Shown here piece after piece: positions 30,093 through 39,965 of a DNA stretch of 64,000 nucleotides (positions are counted from its first letter, which is position 1; each line of letters begins with the position of its first letter). The stretch is from assembly GCA_963790305.1 (NCBI GenBank), contig CAWBOC010000010.1, positions 384,001 through 448,000 on the forward strand, read 5' to 3'. Under the pieces are notes generated by a model. That model was not told the origin of the DNA and did not search any database. It saw only the letters and a list, made by a program, of their open reading frames with translations. The DNA is from an uncultured Gemmatimonadaceae bacterium. Its GTDB lineage: Bacteria; Gemmatimonadota; Gemmatimonadetes; Gemmatimonadales; Gemmatimonadaceae. The translations under genes were made by a program, and so were the position numbers.

Positions 30093-32912
30093 ATGCGGGG
30101 CATTCTGAAGCTGGTGGCGCTGGCGATGGCGATGACCACGCTCGTACCCGTCACGGCGCTCGCGCAGGGTGGCGCCATCCGCGGGCGCGTCGCAGACACG
30201 ACCGGAGCTCCAGTTGCGGACGCAGTCGTGTGGGTGGAGGCGACGGCGCTGCGCGCGATGACCGGTGCCACTGGTGAATACGTCATCAGCGCGGTTCCCG
30301 CAGGCCCGGCGATCGTGCGCGTCCGCCGCATCGGTTACGTCGACATCGCACCGGCGCCACGCGTCATCGTCGTCGCGGGCGGAACCGTCCAGCAGGATTT
30401 CACCCTTCGCAACGTCGCCAACACCCTCGCGCCAATCGTAGTCGGGTCACGCGCCACGCATACCGCCGCCGATGAGCTGGCGGTTCCCGTCGACGTGTTC
30501 ACGCCGGAGATGATCCGCTCGCAGGGCACGACCGAGACCGCTCAGATTCTCGCCCAGCTTGCACCGTCGGTGAATTTTCCGAGGCAGAGCGTGTCCGACG
30601 CGTCGGAGATCGTCAGGCCGTTCACCATGCGCGGCTTGAGTCCCGATCACACGCTGGTGCTGCTCAATGGAAAGCGCCGGCATCACACCGCGCTCATTCA
30701 TTATTACGGGGCAGGGCAGGGGGCCGGCTCGAGCGGCGTGGACATGAACGCGTTCCCGGCGAGCGCCATCGAGCGGCTCGAGGTGCTGCGCGACGGCGCC
30801 GCGGCGCAATATGGCTCCGACGCGATCGCCGGCGTCGTCAACGTCGTCCTCAAGGAAGGCGCATTCGCTCCCTTCTTCAGCGTCGACCTCGGCGAATACA
30901 TGACCAGTGAGGAGAACCCGGCCGCGCTGCCCGTCAATGGCGAGCGTCCGAGCTTCCCGCGCGATGGTCGGACGCTCGACATCAACGGTGGCTGGGGCGT
31001 CCCCCTCGGAGGCGGCTCACTCAGCCTGTTCGCTGAATACCGCGATCGCGACCCGACGAACCGGGCCGGACCGGACTCCGAGCCGCAGTTCGGGGGCGAT
31101 GCGGACGACGTGGTCAACGGCGACCTCGTCGCGAAGAACAATCCGATTCCGATGCCGAATCATCACTGGGGGGACGGGGCGTCGAAGGATCTCATGACGT
31201 TCGCGACGCTTCGCCTGCCGCTCGGTGCCGCCGGCGCCGCGGGCCTCTATGCGTTCGGCGGGTACAGCAAGCGCGAAGGTACCGGCTTCGGCTACTTCCG
31301 CCCGCCGTCGAGCGAGCGCAACTGGACGGAGATCTACGAGAACGGTTTCCTTCCCCGGTTCGCGCCGGACGTCGTCGATCTGTCGGCCGTGGTGGGGGCG
31401 AGAGGTATCGGGGCAGGCTGGGGATACGATTTCAGCATTACCTACGGGCGCAACGCATTCGAGTACAACCTCGACAACACGCTCAACACGTCGTTAGGTC
31501 CGTGTCTCGATGCGCCCTGCGCGCCCGGCCAGGATGGCGTGCTTGGAACGACGGACGATCCGGGCATCCCCAATCAAACGAGCTTTTTCGCCGGTGAGCT
31601 GGGGCTCTCGGAAGGGATCTTCAGCGTGGACCTGAACCGGGAGTTCGAGCTTGGGCTCGCCTCGCCGATTCACATTGCGATCGGCGCTGCTTACCGGCGG
31701 GAGAACTATGAGATCACGGCCGGCGAGCGGGCATCGTACATCAATGGCTTCCATCCAGCGTCGGACAATAGTATTGCACCGTCGGGCTCGCAGGTCTTCC
31801 CCGGATTTCGTCCGGAGGACGCCGCGGACGCCGACCGCAGCAACATTGGCGCGTACGTCGATCTGGAAGGAGACCTGGTGCCGAGACTGCTCGCGAACGT
31901 CGCGGCGCGATTCGAGAACTACAGCGACTTCGGCTCGAAGGTCACCGGCAAGCTCGCCATGCGCTTTCAGCCGTCTACGAAGGTCACCTTTCGGTCCGCG
32001 GTCAGCACCGGCTTCCGCGCCCCGTCGCTCAACCAGAGCTTCTACTCGAGCGTCGTTACCAACTTCAAGGCCGACGAGATCACCGGCGCGCCGATTCCAT
32101 TCGAGATCGGCATCTTCCCGGTGAATTCTCGCGAGTCGCGCGCCCTCGGCGCACGGGATCTGGAAGCCGAGTCGTCCCGGAACTTCAGCGCTGGCGTCGC
32201 ACTCTCGCCGACGGAGCATCTGACCGTCACCGCCGACTTCTTTCTGGTCAACGTCGACGACCGGATCGTTCTCACCGGCTTCCTCGACACCGATAGCGTC
32301 GCGGCGATTCTTCGCGGAACGGGCTCGCGCGCCGAGGCGGCGCAGTATTTCACCAACGCGATCGATACGCGCACGCGCGGGATCGATTTCACCGCGGACT
32401 ATCGGGTGCCGACGACGGGGGGCGAGTTCGGGTTGAACGCCGCGTTCAACTACACGAAGACGACGATCCCGAACGAATGCTGCATTCCGTTGCCGGCCGA
32501 GCTTCAGGGAACCGATGAAGAGCTGATCGGACGGTTCGATGAAGGCGGTCTGTTGGCGATGACGCAGGAGCGGCCGAAGTGGCGCAGCATCGTGACCGGC
32601 CAGTATCGCCGCGGGTCATGGAACGGGCTCGCGCGGTATTCCTACTACGGGAAGTACACGTCGTCGCTGTACAGCTACAGCGGCAATGACGTCACCACCT
32701 ACTCGGCGAAGGGGCTGTTTGACGTCGAGCTCGGGTACACGGCCGCGCGGATCTTCAAGATCGCGGTGGGCGCGCGCAATCTCCTCGATACGTATCCGGA
32801 TCGGATGTCGTACAACAACGGCTTCGACATTTTCCCATACCCGCCCGCATCTCCGTTCGGGTATAACGGGCGGTTCGTGTATACTCGAGTCGACCTCGAC
32901 TTCGGGCGGTGA
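30093..32912 (+). CDS. TonB-dependent receptor with N-terminal carboxypeptidase-regulatory-like domain
   Basis: GGAGG RBS; MRGLSPDHTLVLLNGKR, IERLEVLRDGAAAQYGSDAIAGVVN, STGFRAPSL, SPFGYNGRF. Confidence 0.93.
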   Translation: MRGILKLVALAMAMTTLVPVTALAQGGAIRGRVADTTGAPVADAVVWVEATALRAMTGATGEYVISAVPAGPAIVRVRRIGYVDIAPAPRVIVVAGGTVQQDFTLRNVANTLAPIVVGSRATHTAADELAVPVDVFTPEMIRSQGTTETAQILAQLAPSVNFPRQSVSDASEIVRPFTMRGLSPDHTLVLLNGKRRHHTALIHYYGAGQGAGSSGVDMNAFPASAIERLEVLRDGAAAQYGSDAIAGVVNVVLKEGAFAPFFSVDLGEYMTSEENPAALPVNGERPSFPRDGRTLDINGGWGVPLGGGSLSLFAEYRDRDPTNRAGPDSEPQFGGDADDVVNGDLVAKNNPIPMPNHHWGDGASKDLMTFATLRLPLGAAGAAGLYAFGGYSKREGTGFGYFRPPSSERNWTEIYENGFLPRFAPDVVDLSAVVGARGIGAGWGYDFSITYGRNAFEYNLDNTLNTSLGPCLDAPCAPGQDGVLGTTDDPGIPNQTSFFAGELGLSEGIFSVDLNREFELGLASPIHIAIGAAYRRENYEITAGERASYINGFHPASDNSIAPSGSQVFPGFRPEDAADADRSNIGAYVDLEGDLVPRLLANVAARFENYSDFGSKVTGKLAMRFQPSTKVTFRSAVSTGFRAPSLNQSFYSSVVTNFKADEITGAPIPFEIGIFPVNSRESRALGARDLEAESSRNFSAGVALSPTEHLTVTADFFLVNVDDRIVLTGFLDTDSVAAILRGTGSRAEAAQYFTNAIDTRTRGIDFTADYRVPTTGGEFGLNAAFNYTKTTIPNECCIPLPAELQGTDEELIGRFDEGGLLAMTQERPKWRSIVTGQYRRGSWNGLARYSYYGKYTSSLYSYSGNDVTTYSAKGLFDVELGYTAARIFKIAVGARNLLDTYPDRMSYNNGFDIFPYPPASPFGYNGRFVYTRVDLDFGR

Positions 32913-32946
32913 GGGAGGGAGGGGACACACCTTTCCGGAGGACGCG

Positions 32947-34848
32947 ATGCCGCGTCTCGCATCACTCGCGGTGCTCACGCTGGCGTTCCTGACGTCGGCT
33001 GCCGACGTTAGGCGACCGCCTGCGCCCGAGCGCATTCAGACGCATGACAACGAGCGCTCGGCGGGGACGCTCACGAACGGCGTGCTCCGCCTGCGCCTCG
33101 AGACGCGGATGGGCAGTTGGTATCCGCATGGAGACGACGGCCCCAACACGCAAATGGTCGCGTTCGCCGAGGTGGGCCGACGGCTGCAGATCCCCGGTCC
33201 GCTGATTCGGGTGCCCGCCGGGACGGAGGTCATCGCCTCGATCACGAATTCGCTGTCGGACAGCGCGCTTACCGTGCACGGCCTCCTCTCGCGGCCGGTT
33301 GCGGCGAGCGTAGCCCCCGAGCCGGTGACGATCCCACCCGGTGCGACGCGCGAGGTGACGTTCCGCCTCGACGCGCCCGGGACGTACTACTACTGGGGCA
33401 CCACAATGGGGCGGCCGTTCCGCTTGCGCACAAAGGAAGACGGCCAACTCTCGGGCGCGATCATCGTCGATCGGCCTGGCGCGACCGGGCGCCACGAGCG
33501 TGTCCTGGTGTTTGGCGAGTGGTCCGACACGGTCGGGACCGAGAGTGGCCCCGCGCAGCAATGGCTGCTCCTCGTCGTCAACGGTCGCTCGTGGCCGCAC
33601 ACGTCGCGGTTTACGCAACGCGTCGGCGATACCGTGCGCTGGCACCTGATCAACGCGTCGGCCGACGTTCATCCCATGCATCTTCATGGGTTCTACTTTC
33701 ACGTTGACGGTCGCGGCGACGGCCTGCGCGATACGACCTACGCGGAATCGGCTCGTGACATGGTGGTCACCGAGCGCCTGACCCCGGGCAGAACCGCGTC
33801 GATCACGTGGGTGCCGGAGCGCCCGGGAAACTGGCTGTTTCACTGCCACTTCACGGCTCACTTCGCGGCACGCGCCCCGTTAGGCATGCCCTTGCCCGCG
33901 TCGCCGAAGGGCGCACACGCGCAACACGCTGGCAACCACGCTCTCGAGGGGATGAGCGGACTGGTGTTGGGCGTCGAGGTAGCGCCGCGCCGAGCGGCGA
34001 AACAGAACGGGGAGACCCGACGCGACGCGGGGCGCCGTCGTCTGCGACTGCTGGCGCGGCCCGCGGGCGGGACGGAGGATCGGCCGTTTTACGCGTTCAC
34101 CCTTCACGAGCGCGGAATCGAGTCGGCGATCGATACCATGGTGCGCAGCGGCCCTCCGATCGTGCTTCGGCGAGACGAGCCCGTCTCCATCATGGTGGTC
34201 AATCGCACGCCTGAGCCGACGGCGGTGCACTGGCACGGCATCGAGCTCGACAGCTACTTCGACGGTGTGGCCGGGTTCAGCGGAGACAATCGCCGCCTGT
34301 CGCCACCGATTGCGCCCGCCGATTCGTTCGAGGCGCGTTTCACTCCACCGCGTGAGGGCACGTTCATCTATCACACGCATGTGGACGAGCCACGCCAGCA
34401 ACCGGCCGGTCTGTCGGGAGCGCTCCTGGTCGTCGATCCTGACAAACCCTACGACGCCACGACGGACATTCCCGTCCTGATCTCTACGCCGCGTCAGCCG
34501 GATGTCGCGCGACGGGCGGTCCTGCTCAACGGCACGCTTTCGCCGCAACCGGTGGCGCTCCGGGCTGGCGTGGCGCATCGGATCCGACTCATCAACATCA
34601 CCATCGGCCGCCCCGGCATCCGTGTCGAGGTATCGCGGGACTCCTCACTCGTGCGCTGGCGCTCGCTGGCGAAGGATGGCGCAGACCTGCCTGACGAGCG
34701 CCAGGTGATGCAAGTCGCGCGTCAGCCCATCACCATCGGTGAGACATTCGACTTCGTGTTGACGCCACCCGACACTGGGCCGATGCGCCTCGAAGTGCGC
34801 AGTGGCGGTGGCGTACTTCTCGCGACGATGCCGTTCGTCGTCAAGTGA
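32947..34848 (+). CDS. Multicopper oxidase with permuted motif order (2), paralog of 24728-26626
   Basis: HPMHLHG and HCHFTAH precede VHWHG and YHTH. Confidence 0.88.
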   Translation: MPRLASLAVLTLAFLTSAADVRRPPAPERIQTHDNERSAGTLTNGVLRLRLETRMGSWYPHGDDGPNTQMVAFAEVGRRLQIPGPLIRVPAGTEVIASITNSLSDSALTVHGLLSRPVAASVAPEPVTIPPGATREVTFRLDAPGTYYYWGTTMGRPFRLRTKEDGQLSGAIIVDRPGATGRHERVLVFGEWSDTVGTESGPAQQWLLLVVNGRSWPHTSRFTQRVGDTVRWHLINASADVHPMHLHGFYFHVDGRGDGLRDTTYAESARDMVVTERLTPGRTASITWVPERPGNWLFHCHFTAHFAARAPLGMPLPASPKGAHAQHAGNHALEGMSGLVLGVEVAPRRAAKQNGETRRDAGRRRLRLLARPAGGTEDRPFYAFTLHERGIESAIDTMVRSGPPIVLRRDEPVSIMVVNRTPEPTAVHWHGIELDSYFDGVAGFSGDNRRLSPPIAPADSFEARFTPPREGTFIYHTHVDEPRQQPAGLSGALLVVDPDKPYDATTDIPVLISTPRQPDVARRAVLLNGTLSPQPVALRAGVAHRIRLINITIGRPGIRVEVSRDSSLVRWRSLAKDGADLPDERQVMQVARQPITIGETFDFVLTPPDTGPMRLEVRSGGGVLLATMPFVVK

Positions 34849-35272
34849 ACCGCAGTCGATGGACGAGGTGCAGTAGCGTCCCGTAGAGCAGGGTCAGCGG
34901 GAGAAAGAGGCTGAGGGTGAGCGGGGTAAATGGATCCGTCCCGCGCAGCGTGAGCAGGATGAGGATGACACCGAAGATCACGCCACGCACGGTGGCGCGG
35001 TCGCGCAGCACGCGAACGAGAATCGCGTAGATCAGCCCGCCTGCCGCACCGCTCACCGCGCCCAGGCCCACGACCGTCATCGTGCCGCCGAGGGAGAAGC
35101 CGGGCGCGACGTTCGTGGCGTGCGCGATGACGCGCATGGCGATGCGCCCACCGATCCCGAGGATGGGCAGCCCGAGCGCGATGCCCAGGAGCGGATCGAA
35201 TACCCACGGGTTGCGCGCGAGGTGCATGACGCGCGCGGTTCGGTGCTCCAGGGGCGCGGCGGGTGAGGTCAT
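34841..35272 (-). CDS. Hypothetical membrane protein
   Basis: Four hydrophobic segments; ATGA overlap with the DUF488 gene. Confidence 0.7.
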   Translation of the reverse strand: MTSPAAPLEHRTARVMHLARNPWVFDPLLGIALGLPILGIGGRIAMRVIAHATNVAPGFSLGGTMTVVGLGAVSGAAGGLIYAILVRVLRDRATVRGVIFGVILILLTLRGTDPFTPLTLSLFLPLTLLYGTLLHLVHRLRFT

Positions 35273-35667
35273 GGTCCGTCCTCGATCGAGGCCCCGGCAT
35301 CTGCGAGCATCTCCCGCAGCAGAGTCCGGTGACAGCGCGTGGCATTCTCGCAGTAGCACCCCACGGAAAAGCTCGTCTGGTGCGACAGCGCCGCGAGAAG
35401 CTCAATGAGGTGGCGCGCCCGCGGTTCGCGCATCTCCCTACGGTAGTGTTGTACGTACCGTTTCCAGCGCGCGTCCGTCCACGGCTCGGACAGCGCCCAC
35501 GACACCACCTCGGCGCTGGGGGCGAGCTCCGGGAGCCAGACGTCGAAGTAGTCCTTCGACGCGAAGTCCTCCTTTCGCACGCCGCGCGGAGGTCGCCTAA
35601 CGGTCCCCAGGCGTACGCCTTCGCCGGCCGCTCGAGGAGCTCCGAGGCGGACAACGCGGATGGCCAT
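35269..35667 (-). CDS. DUF488 family protein
   Basis: RLGTVRRPPRGVRK, WLPELAPS, GCYCENATRCHR. Confidence 0.88.
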   Translation of the reverse strand: MAIRVVRLGAPRAAGEGVRLGTVRRPPRGVRKEDFASKDYFDVWLPELAPSAEVVSWALSEPWTDARWKRYVQHYRREMREPRARHLIELLAALSHQTSFSVGCYCENATRCHRTLLREMLADAGASIEDGP

Positions 35668-35670
35668 CGC

Positions 35671-36417
35671 CTAGGGCAACACAACCACGGTATCGATCTC
35701 GACCCGCAACGCCCGCCAGGTTATCGGATCGACCACCACCCGCGCCTTCCCCCCCTCGAAGATGATCGTCCCGTTCTCCTTGAACGGTGGACCGTAGAAG
35801 TAGCGGTAGTCGGTGGCAGGGGATTCCTCGCGGAGGTACAGCGAATCCAGGCGGGCCTGCCGCGGGGAGTAGCGCATGGCATAGAGGCGGTAGCTTCCCT
35901 GGCTTCCCTCCGGCTTCATCCCCCAGTAGTAAACGGTCGAATCGATGACCGAGGGCGACGAGAATCCCGAGTTGAAGTGCGGCACGATCTCGCTGAGCAG
36001 ACGCCGCCCCGCAGGCGTGCACAGGACGTGATCGGTCGGCCACGCCGGTGGCGCCGATATCGAGGCCACTTCGGCGGAATCGGCGTCGTATTTGAGCACG
36101 GGGAAAAAGACGAGCGAATCGCGGCCGACATGGTGCACGCCGAAGTGCACGTCCACGGTGTCGACGACCGCGCCGTTCGCACGCAGGACGACGCGCTTTC
36201 CCTCCTCGATCATCGTCGCCCATGCGAGCGTGTCGCCGAGCGTATAGGTCGCCCCGGCGGGGCAGGGCGTGCGCGCGGCCGAGAAGTCGCCCTCGATGAC
36301 GATCGGCGAATCCGCACCAGCCGAGGCATCGCCGGTGGCGCGGTCGCCCGCGGGCTCGCCGCAGGCAACCACTCCCACCAGGAAGGCGCCCAGGCGAGCC
36401 GTTAGGCGAGGAGCCAC
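35671..36417 (-). CDS. Hypothetical lipoprotein
   Basis: Lipobox VVAC; operon position. Confidence 0.65.
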   Translation of the reverse strand: MAPRLTARLGAFLVGVVACGEPAGDRATGDASAGADSPIVIEGDFSAARTPCPAGATYTLGDTLAWATMIEEGKRVVLRANGAVVDTVDVHFGVHHVGRDSLVFFPVLKYDADSAEVASISAPPAWPTDHVLCTPAGRRLLSEIVPHFNSGFSSPSVIDSTVYYWGMKPEGSQGSYRLYAMRYSPRQARLDSLYLREESPATDYRYFYGPPFKENGTIIFEGGKARVVVDPITWRALRVEIDTVVVLP

Positions 36418-36446
36418 TCGTTGGACAGCCTCAGAGCCTCATTGCC

Positions 36447-37014
36447 TCAGTTCGGCCAGAGCCACCCGAACGTCCCAGCCATCAAGAGAGCATAGACGAG
36501 GCCGTCGAAGGTGTGCTTGACCGTCGTGCTCCATTTCCGATTCCACCAGATGGAGTCCTGCCACAGGCCGCCGACGAAGCCGATGAAGGCGACCGTCCCG
36601 ATGACGCGAAACACGGAGAGATAGGCCGCGCCGGGCCCGAGGGTGCGGCTGGCGATGTACGCGGCGAAGATCGCAATGAGCGCGCAGTAGATGAACCACT
36701 GCACGAGGTTCTTTCCCATGTGAAACGGCCCGGGGGGCAATACCGTCATCACCGGCGATGGGTCCCTGGCTCATCTTCTCCTTGAACGCCGGCTCCTTCA
36801 TCGCCTTCATCGAAGGCGCCCGCGGAATCATGTAGTCGCCGGGAGGAATGTTGAACCGGCGCAGGGCCGCCATCACCCCGTCCTCGTCCGGCACCTTGGT
36901 CACATCGCTGAAGTGGTACGTGAGAACCGCGTTCATGATCGAGCTGGCGAGAAACACGATCACCGCGGAGACGAGGACCGGGACCAGCAATGATGTCAGG
37001 GAAACCATCGCCAT
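36447..37014 (-). CDS. Conserved hypothetical membrane protein; one frameshift near 36755
   Basis: ORF-track pieces 36439-37014 and 36447-36752 join as ...GPIAVMTVLPPG...SIWW...FDGLVYALLMAGTFGWLWP. Confidence 0.75.
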
Positions 37015-37057
37015 CTCCGCGTGAGAGAGTGAGCCCTCGTGCCGCGCGTCTCGCGGG

Positions 37058-37534
37058 TTACGGCGCGCGCGTCGCTTCGGTCCGGAGCACGAGCACGGTA
37101 TCCGAGCCCGTCGTCTGATAGCGGGCGCGCGTCGAGCCGACGAGGCGATCGCCTTCTCGGCGCAGCACGTTGCGTGTGCTGACCTGAACGTTCTGTCGGC
37201 GAACGCTTTGGAATGGTCCCGCCTCGGTCACGACGCTGTCACCTTGCACGGCGACGATACGCACCGGCACAGGTTGTGGGCGATTGGGGAAGCGGATGGT
37301 CCATCCGCTGGTGTCGGACGTCGCGGTCATCGTGTATCGCGTGATGGACGTATCGGTGCCGCTCTCCGGCGTCGCCGTCACGTTCCAGGTGCCGGCGAGG
37401 TCCGCCAGGGCGATGGTACTCGCTACAGGCGCCGTGTCGGTCGCGCCGGCGGCGGTGTCCGTCGCCACATCACGGTCGGCGGTCGAACAGGCGACGAGAC
37501 CGGCAACGCAGCAGCTCAAGGCCAGGATACGCAT
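37058..37534 (-). CDS. Hypothetical lipoprotein
   Basis: GAGGA RBS, MRILALSCCVAGLVAC lipobox, LAGTWNV. Confidence 0.75.
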   Translation of the reverse strand: MRILALSCCVAGLVACSTADRDVATDTAAGATDTAPVASTIALADLAGTWNVTATPESGTDTSITRYTMTATSDTSGWTIRFPNRPQPVPVRIVAVQGDSVVTEAGPFQSVRRQNVQVSTRNVLRREGDRLVGSTRARYQTTGSDTVLVLRTEATRAP

Positions 37535-37679
37535 GGGATCCTCGGACGAATTGTGAGAGGGCGAACCTATCCTTCCCTGGCGAGAAGAGCCAGCCCGAAC
37601 CGTTCGACGACTCGCTGTGCCACGTCGCCCGGTGACACATGGGTGTTGTCGATGCGGAGATAGTCCGCTCGCTCGTCGT

Positions 37680-37741
37680 ACACTCCCGGTCATTTTGCCG
37701 ACCGCGGGCGGTCTGACGATGAACACGAGCGTCGGCGCCAC
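37680..37741 (-). pseudogene. Remnant N-terminus of a P-loop kinase/AAA gene
   Basis: VAPTLVFIVRPPAVGKMT resembles hhhhGPPAVGKMT Walker A with G changed to R; similarity ends immediately after. Confidence 0.45.
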
Positions 37742-37743
37742 GG

Positions 37744-38340
37744 CTACGCTTTTCCGCGACGGCGTTTCGTCCGCCAGTAGTAGTTGCGCGCTTTCACGGC
37801 GCTGCCGCACATCGTCATGCTGCACCACCGCCGTGATCGGTTCTTGCTGGTATCCACGAAGAACCAGCCACAGCTGGGACAGCGGCTCACGCGCTCCAGG
37901 CGGTCCGAGGTCACCAGCGCGACCATCGCCTCGACCAGCCGATAGCGCACCGTTGCGACCCCGGCGGCGTCCGAGTCGAGGACGCGTCTCAACTGCCCCT
38001 TCTCGGAGCGCAATCGCGCCACACGCGCCGCCTCCGCCGCGTCACTGGCCAGCGCCTCGAGGTCGTCTGTGCCTGGCGAGCGCCCGTCCCGTATCGCGCG
38101 CAGCATGCGCTCGAGGCGCGTACGGAGATCGCGCAGGCGCCGCAGCTCCGCCCCCGCCGACAGGGCTGCGAGGCGCCTCGATTCCGGGCCCGAGAGGATA
38201 CCCGCCGTCTCCGCGAACCGCAGCGCTTCAGGGAAGGTCGGCACGTAGTCACGCGGCTCCGGAGCGGTCCAGTCGTGAATGGTGTTCACGAAGTCGAGGA
38301 CGGCGTCGCCACCGATGAGCTCGAAGCGGTGCGCAGGCAT
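37744..38340 (-). CDS. ABATE/CGNR zinc-finger regulator
   Basis: LDFVNT; RCPSCGWFFVDTSKNRSRRWCSMTMCGS. Confidence 0.92.
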   Translation of the reverse strand: MPAHRFELIGGDAVLDFVNTIHDWTAPEPRDYVPTFPEALRFAETAGILSGPESRRLAALSAGAELRRLRDLRTRLERMLRAIRDGRSPGTDDLEALASDAAEAARVARLRSEKGQLRRVLDSDAAGVATVRYRLVEAMVALVTSDRLERVSRCPSCGWFFVDTSKNRSRRWCSMTMCGSAVKARNYYWRTKRRRGKA

Positions 38341-38369
38341 GGGGCCAATGTAGCGGGTCGCGGCGTGTA

Positions 38370-38436
38370 TTACCAGCATAGCGCTCTTGACAGGTAAGAG
38401 ATAATGTATCACCATCAATATGGCTTTGGCTGGTAA
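38370..38436. promoter_or_regulatory. Divergent promoter with two T(T/C)ACC-N18-GGTAA boxes and TTGACA
   Basis: TTACC 38370-74 with GGTAA 38393-97; TCACC 38409-13 with GGTAA 38432-36; TTGACA 38387-92. Confidence 0.65.
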
Positions 38437-38458
38437 TATCCCGTCTGGAGGGACTCCC

Positions 38459-39406
38459 GTGCATCGTCGCATCGCCCTCGTAGGCGCACCATCGAGTATC
38501 GGCATCCGCCCGTACGACGACGGCACGGCGCGTCGCCTCGACCTCGCGCCCACGGTGCTGCGCGAGCAGCGACTCGGGTCTCGAATCGCCGCGCGCGACT
38601 TCGGCGACGTGCTCCCACCGCCGTATCGCGACTTTGTTCGGCCGCAGGGTCGGCCGCGGAACGAGGCGGACGTCGCGACCTACTCACGCCAGATTGCGTC
38701 TCGCGTCGCGCAAGCGCGGGCCAAGGGCGCCTTCACCCTCCTGCTCGGCGGCGATTGCAGCATCGTGCTGGGCGCCCTGCTCGGCGCCAGGCGTGGCAGC
38801 CGCTCGCGCGTGGGACTCGTCTACGTCGACGCGCACGCCGATTTCGCGACGCCCGAGACGTCGCAAACCGGCTCCGCCGCCAGCATGTGTCTCGCCCTCG
38901 CGGTGGGTCGGGGGGACACGCCCCTCGCCCGCCTCAACGGGGGTGCTCCGCTCGTGCGGGGGGAGGACGTGGTCGTCATCGGCCGTCGCGACGACTGGGA
39001 CGAACCCTGGTACGGCGAGGACGCATTGCGCGAATCGCCCGTGCTGGATCTCACCCACGCGACGGTTCGCAGCGGGGGCGCGGCCGCCGCCGCGCACGCC
39101 ACGATCGACCGGCTGGCGCCTAACGTGGACGGCTTCTGGATCCACGTCGACGCCGACGTGCTCGATCCCACCGTGGTCCCGGCCGTTGACTCGCCCGAAC
39201 CCGGCGGCCTCAGTCTCGAGGAGCTGGCCGACCTGTTGACTCCGCTCGCCCACCACCCGGCAGCGCTCGGGCTCGAGTTGACGATCTACGATCCGGCGCT
39301 GGACCCCGATCGCTCGAGCGCGTCCCGCCTGACGACGCTCCTCGAGCACGTCCTTGGCGGGCCCGCCTCGGCATTCTGGGAAGGCCTGGCACGGAGTCAC
39401 GCATGA
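38459..39406 (+). CDS. Arginase/ureohydrolase family protein
   Basis: GGDCS, DAHAD, HVDADVLDP, PGGL. Confidence 0.9.
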   Translation: MHRRIALVGAPSSIGIRPYDDGTARRLDLAPTVLREQRLGSRIAARDFGDVLPPPYRDFVRPQGRPRNEADVATYSRQIASRVAQARAKGAFTLLLGGDCSIVLGALLGARRGSRSRVGLVYVDAHADFATPETSQTGSAASMCLALAVGRGDTPLARLNGGAPLVRGEDVVVIGRRDDWDEPWYGEDALRESPVLDLTHATVRSGGAAAAAHATIDRLAPNVDGFWIHVDADVLDPTVVPAVDSPEPGGLSLEELADLLTPLAHHPAALGLELTIYDPALDPDRSSASRLTTLLEHVLGGPASAFWEGLARSHA

Positions 39407-39714
39407 TTGCACGCACCTGGCACGGTCGAGTTCCAACCGCCAAAGCGGACGCCTATGAAGCGTTTCTCCACCGTACGGGGCTCGCAGACATCGCGGCAAC
39501 TCCGGGAAACCGGGGCCTGCTGCTGTTACGCCGAAACGAGGGTGGGGTCACCCACTTTCTCCTCACCTCACTCTGGGAGTCCGTGCAGGCGATCGCGCGA
39601 TTCGCCGGCGACGATTACGCGCGGGCTCGCTACTACGACGAGGACGACGACTTTCTTCTCGAGCGCGAAGAGTTCGTCACGCACCACGACGTCGTCGTCG
39701 CCAGGGTGGGCTGA
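39403..39714 (+). CDS. ABM-like dimeric alpha/beta barrel protein
   Basis: MIARTWHG, PGNRG, SLWES..AI..FAG. Confidence 0.85.
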   Translation: MIARTWHGRVPTAKADAYEAFLHRTGLADIAATPGNRGLLLLRRNEGGVTHFLLTSLWESVQAIARFAGDDYARARYYDEDDDFLLEREEFVTHHDVVVARVG

Positions 39715-39772
39715 GCCCTACGCGCCGATTCTGCATTCTGAACTCTGACCTCTCTGCCGTTGAACTCCCGTC

Positions 39773-39802
39773 TTGACCGAAACCACCACACAGAGCTATA
39801 GT
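39773..39802 (+). promoter_or_regulatory. Sigma70-like promoter
   Basis: TTGACC-N18-TATAGT directly upstream of the riboswitch. Confidence 0.6.
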
Positions 39803-39820
39803 GATCGAAGACAACTGAAT

Positions 39821-39873
39821 CCGTGGTGATTTGCCGCCTATTGCCGCCACGTAAAACAAGGTGCTAAAACGCG
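39821..39873 (+). ncRNA. SAM-II (SAM-alpha) class riboswitch aptamer
   Basis: CGTGG-TGATTTG-...-TTGC-CG-CCACG-TAAAACAAG-GTGCTAAAA: P1 CGUGG/CCACG, loop UGAUUU, pseudoknot UUGC with GCUAA. Confidence 0.85.
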
Positions 39874-39877
39874 AACA

Positions 39878-39914
39878 GCCCGGGCGGAACTTCCGCTCGG
39901 GCGCTTTCGTTTTT
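39878..39914 (+). terminator. Intrinsic terminator forming the riboswitch expression platform
   Basis: gcccgggcggaa-c-ttccgctcgggc followed by gctttcgttttt. Confidence 0.8.
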
Positions 39915-39965
39915 CGGTCGACCCCATGTCGGCCGCCGGCGGCCACTCGTCGAGGAGAAGCACAC

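Noticed and set aside
39728..39757. Degenerate TTCTG heptamer run
   Set aside because: Too short and without an opposite arm, so it was not counted as an element.
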